This document shows positions 13,540-24,800 of a DNA stretch of 64,000 nucleotides, in pieces. The notes beneath the pieces were generated by a model, which was given only the letters and a program-made list of their open reading frames with translations, was not told the origin of the DNA and searched no databases. The position numbers and the translations under genes are program-made. The stretch comes from Hydrolagus colliei. Lineage: Eukaryota. Every line of letters begins with the position of its first letter. Within the stretch, counting starts at the first letter, position 1. Location of the stretch: positions 23,126,001 to 23,190,000 of the forward strand of contig CM068749.1 of the NCBI GenBank assembly GCA_035084275.1. Direction: 5' to 3'.

Positions 13540-13800
13540 TTCCTGATATTTGATAGTGGACCTTATCACGTCATCAAAACATCTCAAAGCCATTGGAACA
13601 GGATGGTCCTCAACCAGAGGAACATAACTAATTCATCTGTGTTGTAGGATTTTTTTACATCTACTGAACTGCCAGGTGGATGTCAAACCCAATCCCCCAG
13701 AAATGCATTGAAGACGACAACCCTGCTATTTTAGTCATGAGAAATGAACCCACATATCGACAGGCTTAGTACAAAATGACCCCACATCATTTGTTAAAAT
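13540..13800 (-). mobile_element. Decayed Deu-domain SINE
   Basis: Tail remnant at 13545-13590 plus ggattttttacatctactgaact...gaagacgacaacc, an antisense Deu-like segment. Confidence 0.45.
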
Positions 13801-14387
13801 CATTTAGTGTGTACAGGAGAATGTGCTATACCTATACTGACATGAAAACAAAAAGGGTTCTCTTTCAAATGTCTTGAAAGCGATGAACTTTATGCCTGCA
13901 GTTTGTTCATATTTTGTTTTAAGTAGGTACTGACTAATGTTTTACAAATTAAGTGGCAGTTCATAGCCTTCAGCTGCCTCTTTGTGCACCACCCTTGCTA
14001 AAAACACCTGTGGGTAGGCTTGGGATAATGTATTCATTACATTCACAAAACCCTGAAGAATGTTGTTTTTAGTTCTTGTAAGTGGTGAGTGGTTGATATG
14101 CTGGCTGGGATAGAAAAAGGTGCTTCCAGTCATAGCAGACAAAACTGATCTCCATTGGAGTATTATAAAGGAAATTAATGGCCCAAGTGATGTGAAAGTG
14201 ATCACAAACAATGATTAATCTGATCAGGGACTTCAGTAGTATTTTGTTCTGAGCAGGAAAGGCTTTCTTAGGCCACAACCAGCTTTATGTTAGATAAATA
14301 TGCAAGACGTTATTCAGAATGAGTTCATAAGCATTTTATAAATAGATTTGGACAGGTTAACTCATTTTTTTCCCCTTTTCCTTGCAG

Positions 14388-14480
14388 ACGAAAACATTTC
14401 CTGTTAGGAACAAGCTGAACATGGCTATTCCAGATCTATGATTGAGACAGACACAGTCTGTTAAAGCAGTAGTTTCAGAG
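14388..14480 (+). other. Candidate non-coding or poison exon (93 nt)
   Basis: gttaactcattttttttccccttttccttgcag acceptor with branch-like TTAAC; GAG|gtacca donor; stops in all three frames. Confidence 0.25.
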
Positions 14481-15780
14481 GTACCACAGCTTTCTTTGGT
14501 GGTGCTTGAATGAAAACTTGTGCTTGGGACAGTTTTCGATGGCTTAGAGTTTAGCTAGATTCAGTGTAACATACATCACTCCTCACAAATATGAAAAGCT
14601 AAAATAATTGATACAAGTCTGAATACAAGCATAAAATGAAATCATGGTGTGATTATTTATATACAATTTCACATATGTGGCAAGTACAGAATAATGTATT
14701 TGATTATTGTCTTTTGGGTTCACAAAGCCATTAGGACTTTCCAATTTTTAGAGGTACAGTAGTTTGTTTTAGAGCTTATCTTCTAAAATAATTGTGGTGA
14801 TTCTTTTGATGGGTAGACTGGTCGAAAAACTGGTTAGTAAAGTTCCAACTTTAAATCCACAGAAAGTTCACGGTATTGGGCACTATTTGATGGCTCAAAT
14901 AGCGATAACATCACTTATTGTAATAATAATCGTACATTACAATTTACATTCCTCTGAGTGAGTTGCTATCATAACCCTGTTCTGCCAAATGTACCCCTTC
15001 TGTTGGAAAAGTTCAGCATTTGCTAACCTCATCCTTGTCAACAAAGGTTTTGGCTTCAGATTTAATCAATAACATGTAATCTACTGGACAGGTGCAAAAT
15101 TCAGTGCACGGCAAATGTAGTCATTTTTATCGCTTTCAGGTATAGTAGAGCCCAGTGTAAACTATCCCAGGCAGCCAGTGTGACAACATTTACACTGAGC
15201 TCTCAGAGTGTGATCTGTGCCTGGTTAGTTCCAGGAACTGAACTTGTCTAAATACTTGTCTTATACAAGGACAGTAGCCCATTAAAGGTCAGTGCAGTGC
15301 ATCTCAGTTCCTGTAGAGTGCTGTTTAAGTGTATGTATATATCTGTTATAAAACTGATAAAGGAAGCACAGTGATGTCATTTTGTTCAAATAACTAGCAT
15401 CTTTGGCGCCCGCATCATACATTTAAACATGTTTGGAGAAAGCATCGTCTTTTGTTATTGGTAGAGGGCTCTCATATTATTTCGTACTTCTGCTCATTGT
15501 TTTACAAGCAGGAAAATCTGGCTTACATGTCAAGAACTCATTACAGAACTCCCCTTTGGGTAAGATTGACAAAAAAAAAAATTGCACATGCATTGGTACA
15601 TTTAAACTCTTTTGAGAAAAAATCACTAAATCTTATAAATTCACCTGTATTTTTTTCTAAAAAATGAACAATATTGACCAAAACATTTTTCGTTCATTAC
15701 AAGCAGTTTGGACACAATGTTGTTTGCGTTCCAAGGTGGGTAACAGGATTTATTATTTCCAATTTTCCTTTTTCTTTCCT

Positions 15781-16085
15781 CAACAACAACAATGAATTAC
15801 ATTTTTATAGCACCTTTCACGCCGGGAGGACACCCCAAGGCACTGGACAGTCAGGGATTTGGGTCCGAGCTGGGGTTAGGATCAAGGTGTGATGGAAGGT
15901 AGGAATAGGAGGAAGAGGAAGGTGTTAGACATATGTTGAAGGAGGCAATGAAGGGAGCAAAGTGAAAAAGTTCCAAGGGGTAGGGAGGCTGAAAGCCAAC
16001 CGCCGATGGTGGGGCGGGCTAGGCGGGGGCATGGAGCAAGCCAGAACCTGCTGAGCGGTGGGGAGCGGACAGGTTGATATGGCAG
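15781..16085 (-). mobile_element. L2 LINE 3' end
   Basis: (AAC)n tail, tatagcacctttcacgccgggaggacaccccaagg stem-loop, then purine-rich antisense ORF2 end (ggctgaaagccaaccgccgatggtgg). Confidence 0.75.
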
Positions 16086-16139
16086 AAATTAAGACAATGG
16101 TTCCTGTTACTGTACAGTTGTAAGAGCAACATCACCTTC

Positions 16140-16445
16140 CCAGTAAGTGGCTGTTCTTTCTGACCCTTGACCGTGAGTGTCAGCAAGCTACTCAACCACA
16201 GAGTGCATCAAAGCCAAGCCCAATCTTTTCCTCACTCAGCATCCACACACATGTATTGTGCAGTCAAGGTCACTGGATAGAAATGATAATGAAGAACATT
16301 GGTGTTAATCCCCCCTCCCCCCCACCATCCGCCCTCACCATAGGGGAATTGAGGCCAGTTGCAGTCTCTCTGACGTAGTAACTAAATCAACAACAGACTG
16401 AAGAACAAACTAGACCCTTTCTGTTCTGTACATTGAGCAGTGTAC
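16140..16445 (-). mobile_element. Ancient SINE-like repeat, family B
   Basis: aagtggct..gtgagtgtcagcaagcta..catccacacac..ggtcactggatag..tgaggccagttgcag is the reverse of the 3063-3420 blocks. Confidence 0.6.
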
Positions 16446-19374
16446 CCAAATGTAATGAAACTAAATTAAATTTAACTTTGAAAGGGAAAATAAAAGTTTT
16501 GTAAAGGTATATAATTGGACTATGGTCTTGATTGTTGTGGAATACCACGTAGAGCCGAACATAAAATGGCTTTATAAAAATGTTAGGTGGGCTTTTATTG
16601 AATGTTTAATATGTGTTAAAGTAGGGGAGATGTGTTGTATATGGCTAAGGAAAGTGGGTGCTGAAGTGTTAAACTTCAGATGTTTCCTCAGTGTTGACAT
16701 TTAGGGCATCCTGTGGTGTTTCTGGTTTTCCACCTGAATTTTATGACCGGTCCTGGATGGCTTCACAGAGATAAAATTGGATTTGTCAGTTTCCATCAGT
16801 TTCTAAGATCAAATTTTAGTTAACTGGAAATCTCTCAACAACAACAACAAAATGCCACTTGTATAGCGCCTTTCACGTTGGGACGATGTCCCAAGGCACT
16901 GATAACAACTACCTCCACCCTCCCAAAATAAAAAACAGGCAAATGAGGATATTTTTAATAAAACCAACATGTTTGTGTTTCTTTTGAACATGGTGTCTGT
17001 TGCCAGTAGTGTGATGATCAATGTTATTGTACCTTTGAATAGGATTATGATCTTCAGTTCTGTGCAGTACATGCTTCAAACTACTGAGACCCCAAAATTC
17101 TTCCTAGTTTTTATAAGACCATTTGTCCCTTTCTGTTTTCAATTTCGTGACCATTTGTGAGAATGTGTCAGACATTTGGTTACCTCAGAAAATGCGTGTG
17201 ATATGCACTCAGTCATTCTAAAAAGTACCAAGCTTCTGAAAATGACAAAGTAAACAATGTGAAATACAAAAGTTCTAACAATTGAAATAAAATATTATTG
17301 TGCCAATACAAATCTATTGTTTCAAGCAGTAATACATTCTCAATATTCACAGACTCAGTTTTCACATCAGAAGTACTATATGCATTAACCATGCAAGCCA
17401 AAGCCCTAATGAGTAGGTGGTCCTCAACGGACAAACTGCAAGAAGCTTGGCAGATAGTGTTCACAATGCAAACTACGTGACATCAGCTGGTTAACAGCAT
17501 GCAATCTGGGGTCCGTAAGCCTTGGACCTTCCTAACCTGGCGCCTAATACTTCTGGAGTATAGTAAGCAGGGCGCATCCCTCTAGAGACAGAGTGTGTTC
17601 TCAATTCCAGACAAAGAGACATTTGCATAGGTGGCATACATGTGTGAAACTCTCAGCCTGGTTTGGCTACTCTTGAGCACGGTGAAGGATTTGCGTGTTT
17701 GTCAGACACCCGGCTGACTAAAAAATAAGTAGAGTCTTTTAAGATTGATGTAGTGTATGACATCATCTTGAACCCAATTGTTGTTACTGCTTTGTTACTC
17801 CATCCAGCTATGTTTTACAACCGCTGGTGGCCACATTTCCTTAAAGAAACCAGTTTCTATTTTTCAGACAACATAGAATATAATTCAAATTACTTGGCAA
17901 AATGAAAGCCTAAAAGGAAATGTCTTCAAATGTAATTGTTATAAAGTTGCATGCGTTTTTTTGGGGGGCCAAATCCACTTTGAAAGCATTTCTCAAAAAT
18001 TGCAAGGGTTAAAATTTAGGGTTAAACTCATGATTCTTCACAGAGAGTTAATGGAGGGTAAATTGGGGAACAAGTTACTTAAGCTGCTTTCATTCAACCT
18101 AGAGCAGCCGGCTACAAAGATATAGGAAAAAATCGGATGTCCTCATACTTTCTCCTGGTTAGAAAAACACTACAAAATTTGATGGGAAGAGAGAAATAAA
18201 CGATTTTTAAAAATGTGGAGAGCAAATGAATTAGATGTGGGGACAGAGGCAAAAATGAGAGTAAAGGAGGACGAACTATGCCAGAAATATTTAGAAGACT
18301 GCAGGAATGTATGTATCAATTATTTTTGAGTGGTTTTAAATTTACTATTGTGAATTTTAGAGAAAAAGTTTATAGTTAGTTTTACTTCATGATATTTTGC
18401 GTTGAACGTGTGCAGAAAATCGCTTGTGTGTTTCCATTAAAGATGAAGGAAACCCAAAGCCATTTCCCCAAATTGCAGAGGATATTCAGCACCGCAATGG
18501 GTTAATGATGTTTAGGCTACCGATTGTTATTCACAGCTCTGTGTACAATAAGCAATGTTTAAAATAAGTGTCGTGACCGGGACTTCTGTTTTAGCAGCCA
18601 CCAGCACAGGCCCACCAGCAGACTAGAGGTTTGTATTTGACTTCCTGCAGTTTGTGAACCTGGGGGGTGTGGAAGCCCATCCCACTGTCTCCCTGGCTAC
18701 CCAGAGCTATTTTGCTGTGTTATTCAAGTCGTTTGTGGAGTGTGAATCCATTCACCTCACAAATGTGGGAAATAAAAACAGACCCAAGTTTTATTATGAG
18801 TTTATCACCGTCCTGACTGCTTTCAACATTGATTTCCTTTGACGCAAAGCTCTGTTTTCCCATTCAACCAGGGCAGCAATGTTCAATATTTCATTTGAGG
18901 GTGTTAATCGCATTACCATCCTTGACGTTTTACAGATATCATATTATGGCCGCAAATTTGGCAAATTATTGCAGGCATAATGTATAGCTTGTCATCGGCG
19001 TTTAGAGATCTAGATATACTGTGGCTTATCAGGAAAAGCAGTGACTCAGGGTACTTTCCAGAGGCAGTGGAGAGTTGTAAAAAGGAATCTGACTGGCTTG
19101 TCAGCCTCTGAAAGATGTTGTTTGCTCTATCAGCGAAATACAGAACTGATAAAGAGTTACATTTTCCCAATCTGGCTTTAGGTTGAGCAAGAGGTCAACA
19201 AGCAGGCAAGTAATATTTCAAACCAAGCTTTAAAAGGCTGAGTTTTAAATTCTGTGTTGCACACACACTCACAATGCAGTGTGTGCCTTTTAGCCCATAC
19301 AACACCAAATCCACATAGCTCCATGGAGACATTCTCAAAACTTTACCAGGCTGAATTTTGTTTACAAAACCAGG

Positions 19375-19610
19375 ATTTTCCTTACTCCACACCTCTAAAT
19401 AATAATCCCTCGAAAAAAACAATAATAAAATTGCTCATTTCAATCCACAACTGTTTGTGGGGACACAGCTGTGCGCAATTGGCTGCCGCATTTTCCCCAC
19501 AAATATGCAGTCAATTCACTTTACAGTATATTCCATGAAGCACTTTGAGATGTCTAGAAGATGTGAAAAGCGCTGTATCAAATGCGAGGATTATTATTAT
19601 TATTATTATT
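19375..19610 (+). mobile_element. SINE family A, 5'-truncated
   Basis: tttccttactccacac...caaatgcgaggattattattat matches the full-length copy. Confidence 0.88.
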
Positions 19611-22600
19611 AATTGTGTTGAAAATCTAACTGATTACAATTAATTGAACCCTTTTTTCTCAGAAAAAGTTAACTAAATATATGTACTTTTAAAGAACTAT
19701 TATTAATTTTTCAAAAATCTGGATTAATTGTGCAATTCGTAGCACAATGACAATTGTTGAAATTGCCACAAACAGAAATTTACTGCATTCTCCAAATCCT
19801 CCTCCCACTCACCACCCCCACCCATATTGTATTGTAGTTTGGACTAAACCCGTTCCTCTGCAGACAGAGGAAGAAAGTAACCTCCTCCTTCCCTGGTCTC
19901 TGTAAAGTGCATCTTCGCGATGGAATGATGCAGTCTGACGTAGCTACAGAGCAAAGTAGGGAACAAAATAATAATAAATCTTGCTTTTGATATTGTGCCT
20001 GCACATCATGTCTTTGAGACACCTCAAATCCCTTCACATCATATACTATAACGTGAATTGACTGTGCACTTTGTGGGAGAGATGCGGCAACCAAAGAGCA
20101 ATACAACTCGATAAAAGAAAAAAAGCTTGCGGTTGTTTCCCTTCTCTAAATTTTTCCGTAACAGCTGCATATATAATAGACATTTTGTTACCACTCCATG
20201 CAGCTGTTTCGCAGGGAAGTCCTGTCAGGAACACATCCCTGAGAAATGATTAAAGTTCTGTGACGACCAGGTTATTCACCAACAGGAAATGATTGCGGAT
20301 GTTTTTGGTTGGGAAAGATCTGGACCCATGAGGGACTATCTCCATGCTGAATTTTTAAATATAATTTAAAGGGCTGTCGTCGCTCAGTTTTTATAAGCTG
20401 GAAAGATTTGTAGTGACTATTAAACCATTGCCGATAATGAAGGCAGCAATTAAAGTACTGTTAGATCACTCCGTAAGGGTGGCAGTGTTCAAACTTTTAG
20501 AAGTAGTACGCTAAAGTGCGTTATACTTTTACCAACAGTACTCTACACTGAATGCTGCTTTGGTGCAAATACTATTTGTGTTGCTAATTAAAAAACAATT
20601 TTTTTGTATTTATGGGAGTGAAGGAAGTTGCAGAAACGTAGTTTAAGGGTGGATTTCTTTTAAGTACCCAGCTGAAATGAGATCATGACATTTCCCTAAT
20701 CACAGTGAACTGTGTGTGTTTTGATGCCTATCTGAAGCAGGGCCTAAGGTTCAGATGACTTTACCACGCACTTCAAAAATAGTCTCCAAATTCGCAGTGG
20801 ATTTTCAATACAAATCAGAAAATGTTTTCAGAAATAAAGTGACACAGTGGCAACATTCCCTGGAGGTAGGGATGGTACAACATCAATCATTTCCCTCCTT
20901 TGCTCAATTTGAAATGGCAGCCACATAAAATGACACATTGGCACCAGGGAACAAGCACTGTCACGTTAACTTATACCATTCGCATTCATTTCCTTGAGAC
21001 CGGTTACAGAACTGTATTACCAGCAAGCCTGAAACAAGTCACCCACCCGACTGTTTTCTCAATTGGGGGAATGTTTCACCACACTGAGAGGGCAAAGTTT
21101 TGATAAGGCAAGTTTTATAGTAAGTTATAAAAAGAACGCACAGTTTTAATGGTACAAAATGGGCAGGAATAAGATCCAAATAAGATAACAATTATAACAA
21201 AACTTAGGAACCAAACTGCATCGAAGGATTGTCTTGTTAATCAGTCGGGGAAAAAAAATCTGAAATTGTTCCACCCCTGAGTCTGAGTCTACACATACAC
21301 TTTTATCCATTTTAATCCCCCTGTTTGAAACCAGTATATTAGAATGGTTTTAAGATCAATTGAACCCAGAAGGATTTAAAATCTTTTCTCTAAGTAGTGG
21401 CAAGTCGCGCTCGCTCCTTTTCATTTTCATGGAAATGTGCTTGCAGTTTGTAAACGATGAACTACTCAGGGACTGAGCAAGAGAAAGAGGATTGTGTAAC
21501 TTGAATTCGCTCCCTGCTGATCGGAGAATTGATATCATACCCTTCATTATATTGTTAGGCAGAGGAGTGTTCCCGCTGTGCATCGTCAATTGCGACAGCT
21601 GAGATCAGTGGAATCCATAAAATCTGACTCCAAATTTTCTTTTTGACGAGTGCTACTTGACAGGCGACAAGCTGCAAGCCCCTTCCTCTCCCCACACCGC
21701 ACTCCCCACACTTCCCTCTTTCCTTTCCCCACCCCACCCCCCTCAGCTACACAGGGGAGCATGTAGTCACTTCAGTAATAAATATGCCTGGAGATAATTG
21801 GTATGAAAACAACACTTGTGCAGTATATAACGTTTTATGGCTGTTTCATGTACTTTATTATAATACTAATGAGAGGTTGTATATCAAAGTTAACTACATG
21901 CAAGATTAGCTTGTTAGAGGGATCAAGCTCTGTATGTCGATAGACAGCTTTCCCTTCATTTGCACTTGGTAATTAGTATGCAAATTACATAGAGGACCAC
22001 ACAAGTTCCAGTATATTATAACAGCTTTATTATGCTTCCTTGAAGATGAGACACAAACAAACTGTGACAGTATTTACACACACACCTCTCCCCACACTTA
22101 ATGTTAGTGAGGTGAGCTGAGTGGAAGCTTTTTTTCTTTAAAATCATATTGTTGAATCTTTTAAAATGTAACCCAACAGCAGCGTTCATCTTTAAAGCTA
22201 TATATAATACACTGTTTTTATTGCTTCGACTTTAGGAAATGCACTTATGTATGACTCAAATAAATTACTTTAATTTTAAATAATTATAAACAAATATTTA
22301 TGTAGATATTTTAAGAGGAGAACTATATATTAAATATATATAAAACTTCATGTCAGTTATGTAAATATTCCCAATTAGTTTAGAGCAAAACATTAAAAGA
22401 ATAATCTTTGAGATTTCTGGTATTTGGTGTAAGTTATATTGAACATCACAGAATGTCTTTTGTTGTTTCATTTTCTTCTTATTTATTGTGCCTATTGTGT
22501 AATTGCAGTCAAACTGCATAAGAATAAAAATAATAAGGTTAAAAAAAAGATCATAAACTATATGCCCAAACTGGAATAAGTTAGCACTAAAATAGCTGAG

Positions 22601-23519
22601 TGCCAGGCAGTTTTAGTAAAGTGTTCCTCGCTGCTACAGATCACTGCATCACAAGCCTGATGTCAGCTCCAAAATGTACCACAGGAGACTCATTATAAAA
22701 AGCAAATATTATTTCACAGAGAAATGATTTATAGTAAAGAAATATTTTTTTTCTACTTCTTGTATGAATGTTATTTACAGTCTAGGCTTAAGGCAAGTTG
22801 TGGTGATGAGGCATAGCAAAAAGTCTCTTGATTCTGTCTGCCTTTCTCTTATGTTGTCTTGTCTATAAGTTTTTATGGCAGGGTAAATCCAATGTAGCTT
22901 CAGCCTTAGAATATAATGGGAGTGCGAATAGTCTGGTGGAAAATAGCAGTATAACAACTATTGCAAGCAATCATTGGTTCTATCCCAGCATTAAAACAAA
23001 TGAAGTTTATGGCGTGTTATAACGTCAAACTTTGTACAAGTCATTACTGTCAAGTGTAGTGACTGCTTTTTGTCATCAAATGCAGCAGTCCCACAAACAA
23101 CCATGACATTTACATTTGTATAGCACCTTTCACGTCAGGAGGACATCCCAAGACTCTGGGGTGAATAGCCAAGTAAACCGGAGAATAGAGACTGGATAAA
23201 TGATCAGTCAAAATATCCCAAATGTGATATTTGTAAATTGTGCCTACACCAATTGTGACTGAAATTGTAGTATTTGCTAGCAAATTTGCTAAAAATATAA
23301 CTTTCTCATGGTTTTAGCCTTAAGAAAATATATTAAAATTTAAGACTGTGCAAATTATTGGAAAATTCTTAGTTCAGTGGTGGTTTCACACTTTTCTAAA
23401 TGAAGAATAAATGTAACGATTTTCTTTGAAACTGTAAAATCTTAAATTTTAAGATGATGGTTTGATGACGTGAAAAATGTTGGCTCACAGAAGCTGTGAT
23501 ATTTTTACGATTACGTTTA

Positions 23520-23625
23520 ATAATAATAATCCTTGCAATTGATAATAGGGCCTTATCACATCTTCTAGACGTCTCAAAGTGCTTCACAGAATATAAAGTG
23601 AATTGACTTTTTGGAGGGCGAAATG
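23520..23625 (-). mobile_element. SINE family A tail fragment (similar short tails at about 6710, 13015, 19965, 40285, 47030, 52680)
   Basis: aataatccttgcaattgat...cttctagacgtctcaaagtgcttcacagaatat. Confidence 0.8.
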
Positions 23626-24539
23626 CAAAATAGTTTTTACGGTCATTATTTTGTGCACCAAATGAGGAGAATGATTTAGTTCTGACTGTTTTTTTGAGGG
23701 AGTCTGTTCCATCAATTCTTCCAACCTGTCCAAAGGCCCACACTGCGCACATGGAATGAAGTTGACACATAAACAAGGCTGATAATAATCATATTATTAA
23801 TAATATAACCCTTTTAAAAATATATATAGGAATGAACCAAGGCAGAGCCCAGTTGAAGTCTTTGTGCTTTCTGTGTGAAATTTGGGGCAAAATGTTCAAT
23901 CATTTTTATGTTTAAAAAAATCTTGGTAACCGTTAGATTTTTATTTCTTCCCATTGTATTGAGTGTTGTTGTTTTTACACAAACACAAGTAGCTTTGTGT
24001 GTCGGTTAGCGACTGAAAAATGTGGGTTTGGAGATTGGTTTTGTATCACTCACTTCAGCTCAAACTCTATGGGGGACACGCAAGAGATGAGATGAAATGG
24101 ATGGCCACCTCCTCTTTTGTGCTTGCTTTCAAGTTTCAGCCCTGCTCCCATTACAATCCTATGTCTGTTTCTATGGAGCTTGTAGCTAAGCATGGGTTAA
24201 TGTCCTATGACACCTGTGGAGGGGATCGTTGGTGGTACTATTGTCAGTGTTCCCCAGGACCAGGGTGTTCTTTGTATCGCTGGCAAATAAATGAAGAAGG
24301 GAAAGTGGTTATTCCCTATCAGTTACAGCAGGAGGGTCAACCTCTGTACATGACATGACAAATTGGGCCTCTTTGGAAATTATGGCATAGGAGGGCAGCT
24401 GGGGAGAGGCTGGCGGAGGGCTGAAAAAATGGTGGATTGTTTGCATTGTACCTCACACTAGAAAGAACATAACTATGCTAATTACTGCACACTTTCTAAA
24501 GGGACAATAAACTGCCATTGGCTTTTTTTTTCTAGTTTG

Positions 24540-24800
24540 TGTGCATGGAGGAGAGGGGGTAGTGGGTGGGGGGAAGGGGCTGGGGGGAAGCTCTGTCTGT
24601 TTCTTTGGTAACAATGGGGGAAATATGAACTGCGGAGCAGAAGGCACCACTTTGTTCCACCTCGTGTAGTCCTCTTTGTAGCTATTTAGTATACTTGTTT
24701 GCCCAGCAGTGATTGTAATGTTTAGACAAACTCCATGCCAAGCAATTAATGAAGGCTTATATAGGAGCGTTTTCACAGCAGCTAGTAAAAAGAACAAATA
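24540..24800 (+). promoter_or_regulatory. Putative TATA-containing alternative promoter
   Basis: G-rich tract 24555-24587, SOX-like AACAATGG, MEF2-like GCTATTTAG, NFI half-site TGCCAA, homeobox CAATTA, TATA/CArG-like CTTATATAGG near 24756, then a GA-rich leader and about 1 kb free of repeats. Confidence 0.4.
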
